IMG/VR virus record: IMGVR_UViG_2844496579_000002
Span: 17,685-81,684 of that record
DNA from: a virus
Lineage: Duplodnaviria > Caudoviricetes
Strand: one strand, 5' to 3'
Length of the DNA stretch: 64,000 nt
This document shows positions 18,021 to 26,978 of the stretch, piece by piece. The stretch's first letter is position 1; each line of letters begins with the position of its first letter. The translations under genes and the position numbers were made by a program. Under the pieces are notes generated by a model that was given only the letters and a program-made list of their open reading frames with translations, was not told the DNA's origin and made no database searches.

Positions 18021-19097
18021 ATGGTAGCCGCCGCAGTAGGGGTATCCGCAGCCGCAGGCCTGGCTGGTAGCGCTATGGCAGCAGACGCCGCGGGCGATGC
18101 TGCTGCCGGCCAGCAGCAGGCCGCACAGGACGCGAACGCGCTTCAGCAGCAGATTTACGACCGCAACACCGAGAACTTTCAGCCGTATCTGAATGCCGGC
18201 GGCGCGGGCCTGAACGCGCTGCTGTTCCGCCTTGGCCTGGGTTCTGGGACTGGCGGTCGAGATCTGACCGAGCAGGAAATCCGCAACGAGCTGATGGGCC
18301 AGTACACGACTGCCGGCCAATCGGGCAGCCCGCCTCCGCTGGCATCGTTGCTCACCAACGCGCGCGACCGGGGATATTCCAACGCGCAATGGGGGTTTGA
18401 TCCCCAGGCGAACCGCTGGGGCTATCAACTCGAATACATCATGGGCGGGGACGCTGGGGGCACGAGTTCCAAATGGGTGTATGCCGACCCGCAGGGCGCC
18501 ACGTCTGACACGGTTGATGAAGCCGGTTTGAACGCCGCAGTGCAACAGCGTCTTGCCCAGCAGAATGCGGCCAAGAGCGACCCGAACTATGGCTGGTTGC
18601 TCAAGCGCTTCAGCGAAACGGACTGGCAGACCGATCCCGGGTACCAGTTCCGCTTGGATCAGGGGAACAACGCGCTGAGCAACATGGCGGCGGCGACGGG
18701 CAACCTCAACTCTGGCCGCGCGCTGAAGGACGCCATCGCCTACAGCTCGGGCCAGGCTTCGCAGGAATACGGGAACGCCTACAGCCGGTTCAACACCGAC
18801 CAGACGAACCAGTACAACCGCTTGGCTGCGCTGGCTGGCATGGGGCAGTCGTCGGCGTCTGCGCTGGCGGGCGTGGGCCAGAACTATGCGAACCAGGTCG
18901 GAAACAACTTGGCGCAGGGTGCGAATGCCGCCGCTGCTGGCGCCGTGGGGCAGTCCAACGCGCTGAATCAGGGATTGGGTGGCTTGGCAAACGCCGGCCT
19001 GAACTACGCAGCCATGACGCGGCAGAGCGGCTACACGCCGAGTGGTCCGGCGTTCGGCAACCTCAATGGGTTGTACGGCGCCAGCTGGGCCAACTAG
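18021..19097 (+). CDS. DNA ejection protein (P22 gp7-like)
   Basis: A/G-rich N-terminus, PYLNAG, DPGYQFRLDQG, YNRLAALAGMGQS. Confidence 0.82.
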   Translation: MVAAAVGVSAAAGLAGSAMAADAAGDAAAGQQQAAQDANALQQQIYDRNTENFQPYLNAGGAGLNALLFRLGLGSGTGGRDLTEQEIRNELMGQYTTAGQSGSPPPLASLLTNARDRGYSNAQWGFDPQANRWGYQLEYIMGGDAGGTSSKWVYADPQGATSDTVDEAGLNAAVQQRLAQQNAAKSDPNYGWLLKRFSETDWQTDPGYQFRLDQGNNALSNMAAATGNLNSGRALKDAIAYSSGQASQEYGNAYSRFNTDQTNQYNRLAALAGMGQSSASALAGVGQNYANQVGNNLAQGANAAAAGAVGQSNALNQGLGGLANAGLNYAAMTRQSGYTPSGPAFGNLNGLYGASWAN

Positions 19098-19108
19098 TAG
19101 GAGACATC

Positions 19109-20419
19109 ATGCAACTTGACACCCGAATCCCATTGCAAGCGCAAGGCCCGCAGATCGAAAACCCGATCAATGCGCTGTTCAACGCCACGCGCCTGCGGTC
19201 CGCGCAGTCTCAGGTCGGCGAGCAGGAACGCCAGATTGGCGAGCGCAATGCCCTGGCGGATGTGCTGCGCCAGCCTGGAACGTTTGGCGCAGACGGCAGT
19301 TTCAACCGTGCGGCGTTGCCGGCCATCGCGCAAGCTGCGCCTGGATCCGTGGCCCAATACGCTGGTTTGGCGAACCAGCAGGACGCCAGCCAGGGCCAAG
19401 CGGATGCGCGCCGCATGCAGGCGGCCAAGCAGAGCATGGAAATCCAGGGCCGGCTGTTGCAGGGCGTGCGCGACGAGCAGAGCTACCAGGCTGCCAAGCA
19501 GCAGGCACAGCAGTACGGTATCGACGTGTCGCAATTTCCGGCCAACTACGACCCGGCCTTCGTGCAGCAGGCGCTGGCCCGCACCATGAGTCAGATGGAC
19601 CAGTTCGACATGCTGTACAAGCAGGAATCGCTGAACTTGCAGCGTCAGAGGCTGGAAGCTGGGAAGACTGGCCCGGTGGGCCAGCCGTTTGAGGCTACCG
19701 GTCCGAACGGCGCTCCCATCCTTGCGCAGCGCTACGGCGACGGCTCCATTAAGCCTGTCGAGGGCTTCGGCCCGAAGGCGCGCAGCGACGGCATGACCAT
19801 CATGACGAACCCGGATGGCACCGCCACTATCACTCAGGGTGGCCAAACTCCTAAGCTGACCGAAGGCCAGAGCAAGGATTTGCTATTCGGCACCCGAGCG
19901 CAGGAAGCGGACAAGATCATCAACAACCTTGTCTCCCCCCCGGACGGGAAAGAGGGAGTGAACTTCCTGCAAGCGCAGACGCTTGGCGGAGACGGCATCG
20001 GCCGGACGATTAAAAACTGGATGGCGCCAGCCAATGTCCAGAAGTTCAACCAGGCCAAGCGTGACTTCATCAACGCGGTTCTGCGCAAGGAGTCTGGCGC
20101 AGTGATTTCGCCGGATGAATTTGCCAACGCAGAGCAGCAATACTTCCCGCAGTCCGGAGATACTGATGAAGTCATTGAGCAGAAAGCGCGCAACCGGGAT
20201 CTTGCTGCGCGAGGGATCCTGGCCGGTGTCCCGGGTGTCGCGCGGGACAACTTGACCTCTGGCGGCAGGCAGAATCCGACGACTGGCCCACAGCCTACCG
20301 GCGCGGGAGGCGTGCTGTCGCCGGCTCCCACGGCCGCGCGAGCGGTGGCCCGCACTGGCACCCTGGATGGCCGAAAGGTAGTCGAATATTCCGATGGCTC
20401 TGTTGAATACGCGGACTGA
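19109..20419 (+). CDS. DNA ejection protein (gp20-like)
   Basis: Position; KLTEGQSK, AKRDFINAVLRKESGAVIS..EF...QYFPQ.GD. Confidence 0.78.
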   Translation: MQLDTRIPLQAQGPQIENPINALFNATRLRSAQSQVGEQERQIGERNALADVLRQPGTFGADGSFNRAALPAIAQAAPGSVAQYAGLANQQDASQGQADARRMQAAKQSMEIQGRLLQGVRDEQSYQAAKQQAQQYGIDVSQFPANYDPAFVQQALARTMSQMDQFDMLYKQESLNLQRQRLEAGKTGPVGQPFEATGPNGAPILAQRYGDGSIKPVEGFGPKARSDGMTIMTNPDGTATITQGGQTPKLTEGQSKDLLFGTRAQEADKIINNLVSPPDGKEGVNFLQAQTLGGDGIGRTIKNWMAPANVQKFNQAKRDFINAVLRKESGAVISPDEFANAEQQYFPQSGDTDEVIEQKARNRDLAARGILAGVPGVARDNLTSGGRQNPTTGPQPTGAGGVLSPAPTAARAVARTGTLDGRKVVEYSDGSVEYAD

Positions 20420-20421
20420 CC

Positions 20422-22971
20422 ATGGCAACCGTTGAAGAACTCGCGGGGTACCTGTCTAACCCAAATGTGCAGAAGGTCCTGCGCACGATTGGCCAGGCGG
20501 AAGGCACGGTAGGGGAGAAGATCGCCGACCCGTACCGCATCGCCTTTGGCGGGGGCACGTTTGATTCATTGGATGCCCACCCCAATACGATGGCCTCGTT
20601 CACGCAGACCGATGGCAAGAGGAACAAGACGAGCGCGGCCGGCGCGTACCAGTTCCTCAAGCCGACTTGGGACGATGTGTCCAGCAAGCTAGGGTTGAAG
20701 GATTTCAGCCCACGCAGCCAGGATATCGCCGCGCTGGAATTGATCAATCGCGCGGGTGCGTTGCAGGATGTCTTGAACGGAGACACAGCGTCCGCTTTCG
20801 GAAAGCTTGGGTCCACTTGGGCCAGTTTGCCGTCGTCCCCCTACGCCCAACCGAAGCGCTCGCAAGGCTTCATTGAGCAAGCCCTGAATGCTGTGATTCC
20901 CACTGCGGAGGCCGCGCCAGTGCCCAAGATTGACCCGAGCAAAGTGCAATGGGATGAGCCTGCTACGAAATCAGCCGATCCGGCGATTGACGTTTCGAAA
21001 GTCCAGTGGGATGAGCCGGCCGCTACCGCAGCCGAGGGTGGCTCTCCACGCGCTCCAGAGCCGGGGCGCACCGGTGTACTGGGCGCTATTGAGGATCTCG
21101 GGGCCGGCGTCCGCAAGATGGGCCAGGGCATCGCGCAGGGGTTCGGCGACGTACCGGCTGGCCTCGGGCAATCCTCTATGCACCAGGGGCAGCAGATTCT
21201 GGGAGCTATCGACCAGTTGGCTGGTACGAACCTGTCTGCGAGCGCACAACCGAATGTGGCCGCGCGTGACGCAGAAGTCGCGCAGCGTGAGGCAGACTAC
21301 CAAGCAGCTACACCAGGGTCTGCGGCGGCTGGCGTGGGGCGCCTGGCGGGGAATCTGGCCTTTGCCATGGCGGGCGGACCTTCTGCCTTGGCCGCTCCTA
21401 TGACGACCGGCGCTCAACTCGGTGCGCGTGCATTGCCGATGGCACCCCGCCTGGGCGCGGCGCTAGGCACTGGCGCTGGTAGTGGGCTGGTCGGGGCCGG
21501 GTATGGTGCGACGGCCCCGGTGCCGGTTGGCGACTACGACGAGCAGTCGGCCCGGAACGCTGTGGCCGGAGGGGTTCTTGGCGCGGTGACCCCGGCGCTT
21601 GGTCAAGCAGTTGGGTCGGCAGGGCGCTACATCGGGCGCAATGTAAAAGCCGCCGTAGCACCGTTTTCTGAGTCAGGCCGGCAACGCATCGCCGAAAATA
21701 TCTTGGCGCGGATGGCGCAGGGCGGCCCTCAGAAAGGGAGGGTAGGCCAGTTCGTGGAAGGTGTGGAGCCTACCATGGCGGAAATCACCGGCAACCCGAA
21801 GATTGCGAACCTACAACGCACTATCCGCGACTTGGAGCCGACGCCATTTGTCGCACGGGAGGAAGCCAATCAGCTTGCTCGCCAGGACGCTATGAGCGCG
21901 ATCCGTGGCAGCGCCGATGATCTGGCATCGGCCAAGATCGCCCGCTCAGCGGCTGCGGCAGACGACTATCTGAACACGCACGTCGGTATCCCGGTCGCGA
22001 ATACGGAATACGCCGCGCTCAAGCGCACGCCGGCCTTCCAGAGCGCTTTCGCAGAAGCTGAGCGGATGGCCAAGAACTCTGGCGGCTCGGTGGAAACCAA
22101 GGTGATCAACCGCACGAATGCAAATCGCGGCGGCCAAATTGGCACCCCGGATACCTATGTTTCCGGCGTCGGTTTGCAGCGCATCAAGATGGCTCTTGAT
22201 GACCAGATCAACACCGCGATGCGGGCTGGGAAAAACGGCGAGGCCGCCAACGTCCTGCAAGTGAAGGGACGGCTGGTCGACATGATGGACCGCGAAATCC
22301 CTGGCTATGCCGAGGCGCGGCAAGCCTATTCGGCTGCGTCCCGAGATATTGACCAGATGTCGTATCTACAAGGGCTTAACCTGACGGATGCCCAAGGGGA
22401 TATCACGCTGGCTCGCGTTCAGAACGCGCTGCGTAATCTGGAGAAGGCCCAACAGAAGCCTGGCATGAACGAGGCGAAATCGGTCACGGCAGAGAAGATT
22501 GCTGCGCTGACCGATATCCGCGACGACCTGCTGCGGCAGGCGCAGGCGCAAAAAGGGCGATCCTTGGGGACCAACACCGCTCAGAACTTGGCGATGCAGA
22601 ACCTGCTATCAACCATGCTTCCTGGGAAAACGGGGGACGTGGTTGGCGCGATTGGCCCGGGTGCTATTGCTGGCGGTGGGCTGGGGCTTGCGCTTGGCGG
22701 CCCGGCAGGCGGTGCGGCTGGGGCCGTGGTTGGAAACAGGCTTGAGGCCGCTGCGAATGCCTTGATGCGCTCCGGCAATGAGGATATCCAGAACCGACTG
22801 GCTCGCTTGTTGCTGAATGAGGGTGGCTCAGGGCTTTCTGCTCTCGAGCGTGCAGCCAGTCCGGCGCGACCACTCCCTGGTATGAGCGGACTGAATCGGC
22901 TCCTCTACCCATCCATCAGTGTCGGTGGGTCTTTGGGGATGAGCGTCAAAACTCCGACCAACTCCCGGTGA
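20422..22971 (+). CDS. Large ejection protein with N-terminal lambda-R-type (GH104) lytic transglycosylase
   Basis: TI..AEGT..Y..FGG, SAAGAYQFL..TW, DFSP.SQD.AA..LI; long A/G-rich body. Confidence 0.85.
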   Translation: MATVEELAGYLSNPNVQKVLRTIGQAEGTVGEKIADPYRIAFGGGTFDSLDAHPNTMASFTQTDGKRNKTSAAGAYQFLKPTWDDVSSKLGLKDFSPRSQDIAALELINRAGALQDVLNGDTASAFGKLGSTWASLPSSPYAQPKRSQGFIEQALNAVIPTAEAAPVPKIDPSKVQWDEPATKSADPAIDVSKVQWDEPAATAAEGGSPRAPEPGRTGVLGAIEDLGAGVRKMGQGIAQGFGDVPAGLGQSSMHQGQQILGAIDQLAGTNLSASAQPNVAARDAEVAQREADYQAATPGSAAAGVGRLAGNLAFAMAGGPSALAAPMTTGAQLGARALPMAPRLGAALGTGAGSGLVGAGYGATAPVPVGDYDEQSARNAVAGGVLGAVTPALGQAVGSAGRYIGRNVKAAVAPFSESGRQRIAENILARMAQGGPQKGRVGQFVEGVEPTMAEITGNPKIANLQRTIRDLEPTPFVAREEANQLARQDAMSAIRGSADDLASAKIARSAAAADDYLNTHVGIPVANTEYAALKRTPAFQSAFAEAERMAKNSGGSVETKVINRTNANRGGQIGTPDTYVSGVGLQRIKMALDDQINTAMRAGKNGEAANVLQVKGRLVDMMDREIPGYAEARQAYSAASRDIDQMSYLQGLNLTDAQGDITLARVQNALRNLEKAQQKPGMNEAKSVTAEKIAALTDIRDDLLRQAQAQKGRSLGTNTAQNLAMQNLLSTMLPGKTGDVVGAIGPGAIAGGGLGLALGGPAGGAAGAVVGNRLEAAANALMRSGNEDIQNRLARLLLNEGGSGLSALERAASPARPLPGMSGLNRLLYPSISVGGSLGMSVKTPTNSR

Positions 22972-23052
22972 TTCTTTAAAGCCATCCCATATCCCTTTCA
23001 CGAAAGCGAAAGCGAGATAAGCCAGTAACGGGATCGGCAGGTAGTTTTCCAT
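22828..23052 (-). CDS. Small antisense membrane protein (possible superinfection exclusion)
   Basis: MENYLPIPLLAYLAFAFVKGIW TM segment; TATATT just upstream of the ATG; convergent overlap with the ejection gene. Confidence 0.5.
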   Translation of the reverse strand: MENYLPIPLLAYLAFAFVKGIWDGFKESPGVGRSFDAHPQRPTDTDGWVEEPIQSAHTREWSRRTGCTLESRKP

Positions 23053-23066
23053 TTCGCAAATATAGC

Positions 23067-23090
23067 AGCCCCGCCAAGAGCGGGGCTTTC
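23067..23090 (+). terminator. Hairpin terminator before the tail fibre gene
   Basis: AGCCCCGC-CAAGA-GCGGGGCT-TT. Confidence 0.6.
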
Positions 23091-23106
23091 CTTTCTGGGG
23101 CTTGCA

Positions 23107-24528
23107 ATGCCGCAATCTTATATCTCCCCCCGATTCAGCGCCATCGACTCGAATGGTCGGCCTCTTGTCGGCGGGAAGCTGTACACGTACATCAATGGCA
23201 CCACGACGCCCCAGGTGACGTACCAGGACGCAGGCGGGCTTGCGGCCAATACGAATCCCGTCATCCTGGATGCGCGTGGCGAGGCGGTCATTTTCCTGAC
23301 TGATGGCGTGGTCTATACCTTCGTCTTGAAGGACGCCGACGACGCATTGATCTGGAGCCAGGATTCTATTTCTGGAGCGCAGACGAGTAGCGGCGGCATC
23401 ACACCCGTTACGGTGCTGCCGGGCTCCGATATCGGCCCTGTGTACATGCCTGGGCAGGGGATCTTTTATTGGAACGGCACTCAATACGTGTCGGACTTCC
23501 AAGGCGGGTTCTCGGGCGGTGGGTTCTCTTTCAAGAACAAAATTATCAACGGCGACTTCCGAGTTTGGCAGCGGGGTACGTCGATTGGGCCAATTACATC
23601 AGCCTCATCTAACCCTTATGTATCTGATCGCTGGCGCGCAACGATCTCGGGGTCGTCCTCAATTACCGTAACGCAGCAAATGGCGTCTAGCGACTATGGA
23701 CAGGCTCGCACTGGTGCATTCACCGCGAGGGTCACATCGAACGCGGCGGAATCTCCAGCCGCTGGGGACAAAAACCGCCTGTCCCAAGCCGTTGAAGGGC
23801 AAAACCTCCTGAGCTTTGCTATGGGAACCCTGTGGGGCGGATCCTTCACTCTGTCGTTCTGGGTTAAGGCTTCAATTGTCGGGACCTATTGTGTGGCTTT
23901 CCTCAACAGTGGAAGTCCTTCCTATAGGGCATATGTCGCCAATTTTTCCATTGGTGCAGCGAACGTTTGGGAACTGAAAAGAATCACTGTCCCGATAGAT
24001 TCGTCGGGGTTGGCCAATTGGGTCCGCGATACCGGGCTGGGCATGCAGGTGATTTTTGACCTGGGAAGCGGGTCAAACTACGAAGGAGCGGTAAACACCT
24101 GGCTATCGACCGAAACCACGCGGACCACTGGCGCGGTGCGTTTGGTCGGCACAAATGCCGCCACGTTTGAAGTGGGGCAAGTTCAGCTTGAGATGGGTAC
24201 CCAGCAGACGCCCTTTGACGATCGGCCTTACGAGGTTGAATTTGACCTGTGCCGTCGGTACTTCTGGCGCGCGCCGAATAGCAGCTATATGTGGTCTGGC
24301 AATACCACTTCTGGAATCACCTATTACGCAAGCTGCTTGCTCCCGGTAACGATGCGTGCCACACCTACTGTCAGCGGCACGACCTCCAATGGAGAAAGCG
24401 GTTTCCCAACGTCTTTTGCCGGCGCTTCTCCACAGACGGCAAATACTGTGGTCGTATCCAAAGTAGCTAACGCCACGGCCAGCGGTTCCTTCTATTACGC
24501 AGGGTTTGATGTGACGGCGGAATATTGA
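23107..24528 (+). CDS. Tail fibre / receptor-binding protein
   Basis: N-terminal D.NGRPL.GGKLYTY..GTTTP..TY.D...NTNPVILDARGE; NKIINGDFRVWQRG; VQLEMG...TPF..RPY..E..LC.RY. Confidence 0.88.
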   Translation: MPQSYISPRFSAIDSNGRPLVGGKLYTYINGTTTPQVTYQDAGGLAANTNPVILDARGEAVIFLTDGVVYTFVLKDADDALIWSQDSISGAQTSSGGITPVTVLPGSDIGPVYMPGQGIFYWNGTQYVSDFQGGFSGGGFSFKNKIINGDFRVWQRGTSIGPITSASSNPYVSDRWRATISGSSSITVTQQMASSDYGQARTGAFTARVTSNAAESPAAGDKNRLSQAVEGQNLLSFAMGTLWGGSFTLSFWVKASIVGTYCVAFLNSGSPSYRAYVANFSIGAANVWELKRITVPIDSSGLANWVRDTGLGMQVIFDLGSGSNYEGAVNTWLSTETTRTTGAVRLVGTNAATFEVGQVQLEMGTQQTPFDDRPYEVEFDLCRRYFWRAPNSSYMWSGNTTSGITYYASCLLPVTMRATPTVSGTTSNGESGFPTSFAGASPQTANTVVVSKVANATASGSFYYAGFDVTAEY

Positions 24529-24530
24529 AT

Positions 24531-24677
24531 ATGTACGAACTCCTACCAGGCGGATTTATCAAGCGCTTATCCGATGGCGCCGTGATCCCAAGAGATCCGC
24601 AAAATTTCGATTATGCTGCATTCCTTGAATGGGAAGCCAGTGGCAATACCGCGCTGCTAGGCCGACCAAAACCCTAA
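24531..24677 (+). CDS. Small tail-fibre-associated protein
   Basis: 48 aa, IKRLSDGAVIPRDPQNFDY..FLEW...GN motif typical downstream of such fibres. Confidence 0.7.
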   Translation: MYELLPGGFIKRLSDGAVIPRDPQNFDYAAFLEWEASGNTALLGRPKP

Positions 24678-24692
24678 TCAACTGGCGTCCAA

Positions 24693-25397
24693 ATGCGAAC
24701 ACTCTTACTGTTTCTTCTGGCCCTCTTTGCCATCCCGGCTGGGGCCGCGTCCCTGTTGTGCTTCGGAGACAGCCAGACACAGGCACGGCCGCCGCTGGTG
24801 GTGTCTGACACGTACTGCCACAAGATGGCCCAAGCCACCGGACGCACTGCGATTAATGCCGGCGTGGGGGGCAACACTTCCACGATGGGCTTGGCGCGTT
24901 TGCAAACCGACGTGCTTTCCACATCGGCCGAATGCGTGGCAGTGATGTTCGGGGCGAATGACGCATTCATTGAATCTGCGCCGACCTACAACTATTCCAG
25001 CTACTGGACTGAGCCCAAGCCCGGCCGGGTTTCGCTGGCGACCTACCGCGATAACATCACCAGCATGGTGACCCAGATCCAAGCGGAGGGAAAGGCGGTA
25101 ACGCTGATCACGCCCTGGGCGTTCTGGTCCACCGAATACTTGCAGCAGTTTCCGTTCTACGTGAACGTGGTGAAACAGGTGGGTAAGGAGATGGGCGTCC
25201 CGGTTTTGGATGCCTATGCGATTCAGCTGAATCTTTGGTGGGCCAGCCAGCCGTGGCTAACCCCGGCCAGCGGCGCGCCGTCGTTTTGGGCGCTGGAACA
25301 GGATTACCAACACCCTAGCGCTCTCGGGCACACAAAGATCGCAGAGCTATGTACGAAGCCAGAAAATTCCGCGTCCTGTGCCTGCACCGCTCAATAA
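24693..25397 (+). CDS. SGNH/GDSL hydrolase with signal peptide
   Basis: Signal peptide ending AGA; blocks FGDS, GVGG, FGAND, DYQHP. Confidence 0.88.
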   Translation: MRTLLLFLLALFAIPAGAASLLCFGDSQTQARPPLVVSDTYCHKMAQATGRTAINAGVGGNTSTMGLARLQTDVLSTSAECVAVMFGANDAFIESAPTYNYSSYWTEPKPGRVSLATYRDNITSMVTQIQAEGKAVTLITPWAFWSTEYLQQFPFYVNVVKQVGKEMGVPVLDAYAIQLNLWWASQPWLTPASGAPSFWALEQDYQHPSALGHTKIAELCTKPENSASCACTAQ

Positions 25398-25417
25398 GCC
25401 GCTCAGCGGCTTTTTTT
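25396..25417 (+). terminator. Rho-independent terminator
   Basis: AAGCCGC-TCA-GCGGCTT-TTTTT. Confidence 0.7.
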
Positions 25418-25434
25418 ACGTCCGAAGGAACGTT

Positions 25435-25758
25435 ATGAACGACATACCAACCCGCGTAGCGGTCCTTGAGAAAGACATGGGCCAAGTCAAGACGAGTCTT
25501 GCGAAGCTCTTCATATGGTTTTCGGTGGCGGTGGCCGTAGGCTCGCCGCTTTTCGGTGGCCTTCTTGGGGTCATCGCGTGGAATGCCGCCCGCAGCGTGA
25601 ACCAGCTCGATAGTTTGAGCGTGGGAGTGGGAGACATCAAGACGGATATGGCCGTGGTCAAGAGCAAACAGGAGACGCAGGACAAATCCTGGAAGCTGAT
25701 CACCCAGCTATCAAAAGGGGGGGCAACCAATGTGTCAAAAACTCTCAACGATGAGTAG
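25435..25758 (+). CDS. Membrane protein of the lysis cassette (antiholin/holin-like)
   Basis: AAGGA RBS, RVAVLE coiled coil plus TM segment. Confidence 0.65.
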   Translation: MNDIPTRVAVLEKDMGQVKTSLAKLFIWFSVAVAVGSPLFGGLLGVIAWNAARSVNQLDSLSVGVGDIKTDMAVVKSKQETQDKSWKLITQLSKGGATNVSKTLNDE

Positions 25759-25767
25759 GTGTGTGCG

Positions 25768-26031
25768 ATGAAGCTGATTCCCCAATGGCGCCAGTTCTGG
25801 CGCATGACATCGATCCAACTCCAGGCGGTTGCCCTGGCTTTCTTCTCTTACATTACGGCGGTGCCAGATGCAGCGATTCAACTTTGGGGCCTTCTTCCGG
25901 TCGATATTCGGGATTCCTTCCCGCCTGGATACGTCAAGTGGTTCGGCATCGCAATCATCGCCCTCGGCATCGTCGCCCGGCTCATCCGCCAGCCCAAGAT
26001 CGATCAGCGACGAGGGCCTGACGGTCCTTAA
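25768..26031 (+). CDS. Holin
   Basis: MKLIPQWRQFWRMTS.Q, hydrophobic segments, ARLIRQP. Confidence 0.8.
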   Translation: MKLIPQWRQFWRMTSIQLQAVALAFFSYITAVPDAAIQLWGLLPVDIRDSFPPGYVKWFGIAIIALGIVARLIRQPKIDQRRGPDGP

Positions 26032-26467
26032 GCACTACGAGGGCTGCGAGCTACAGGCGTACCAGGACTCGGTGGGGGTGTGGACCATCGGCTACGGAGA
26101 TACCGAGAACGTATTGCCCGGAATGGTCATCACGCGGCAGGAGGCGGAAGACCGCCTAGAGCGCCGACTTGCTCGGGACTTCGAGCCAGGGGTGCGGGCA
26201 GCGGTCGCCGTGGGCATGCGTCAGGAGCAGTTCGACGCGATGGTGTGCCTCGCCTACAACATCGGGGTAGGGGCGTTCACCGGATCCACGCTGGTCAAAT
26301 TGTTCAACGCCGGGGATATCGCCCTGGCCGCTGACCAGTTCCCACGCTGGGATAAGGCGGGCGGAAAGTCGCTCAAGGGCCTGCGCCGCCGACGTGCTGC
26401 CGAACGTGCGTTGTTCCTGGGGGCCAATGCTGCCTATGCCATCGCGGCGGGAGACAAGACGCCATGA
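25868..26467 (+). CDS. Endolysin (GH24 lysozyme) overlapping the holin gene
   Basis: YEG...AYQDSVGVWTIGYG, QFDAMV.LAYNIG, GL.RRRAAERALF; start codon inferred. Confidence 0.85.
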   Translation: MQRFNFGAFFRSIFGIPSRLDTSSGSASQSSPSASSPGSSASPRSISDEGLTVLKHYEGCELQAYQDSVGVWTIGYGDTENVLPGMVITRQEAEDRLERRLARDFEPGVRAAVAVGMRQEQFDAMVCLAYNIGVGAFTGSTLVKLFNAGDIALAADQFPRWDKAGGKSLKGLRRRRAAERALFLGANAAYAIAAGDKTP

Positions 26468-26715
26468 CCCTCCTACTCGAATTCTGGCCCTACATCGCTG
26501 GAGGGGTGGCCGTCATCCTGGCGTACTTCGGCGTCCGCCTCAAGGGCAAGTCAGACGGCCGCCAGGAAGTCCGCGACCAGATCAACAAACAGGCGGTCGA
26601 ATCCGCCAAGGAAGTGCGCGATGTTCACGCTAAGATCAATCGGATGGACGACGGCGGCGCTGCTGCTGAGCTTAATCGCAAGTGGGTGCGCGACAAGGGA
26701 ACCGGTGGTCGCTGA
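26464..26715 (+). CDS. Inner-membrane spanin (Rz-like)
   Basis: N-terminal TM plus coiled coil, after the endolysin. Confidence 0.75.
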   Translation: MTLLLEFWPYIAGGVAVILAYFGVRLKGKSDGRQEVRDQINKQAVESAKEVRDVHAKINRMDDGGAAAELNRKWVRDKGTGGR

Positions 26716-26845
26716 ATTCTGCATGGTGTCGCTGCCGATCTTCATCAGCCAGCATGACGTGCTGACGGACGGGACGGCGCGGCAGATCCTGACGCACAAC
26801 GAGCTAGGCGTCAGGCTTTGCGACTGGCCGGGGGCAGACGATTAG
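26621..26845 (+). CDS. Outer-membrane spanin lipoprotein (Rz1-like)
   Basis: Lipobox IASGC; overlaps the i-spanin; TARQILTHNE.G..LC.W. Confidence 0.78.
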   Translation: MFTLRSIGWTTAALLLSLIASGCATREPVVAEFCMVSLPIFISQHDVLTDGTARQILTHNELGVRLCDWPGADD

Positions 26846-26848
26846 GCT

Positions 26849-26978
26849 GTCTAAAACTGTTCATCGGTCCTATTCAAATCAATGACTTACGAACGCCAAA
26901 ACGCCGTATCGTTTTAGACTGGACTGCACCGAAAACGCATACGAATCAACATCTTATAGATTCTTTCAGATAGTCTGA
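26849..26978. other. Right attachment site of prophage 1 (phage arm plus core)
   Basis: Two IHF consensus WATCAANNNNTTR sites (26877-26889, 26944-26956); inverted GTCTAAAAC/GTTTTAGAC (26849, 26911); TCAGA-TAG-TCTGA dyad at 26966-26978. Confidence 0.75.

Larger units (their letters stand above)
1..26973. mobile_element. Prophage 1 (lambdoid, P22-like podovirus morphogenesis); left end outside the window
   Basis: Continuous phage gene order (cI/cro, NinB, replication, Q, TerS/L, portal, coat, ejection proteins, tail, lysis) ending in an att-like arm that abuts a 5'-truncated flp gene. Confidence 0.93.
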
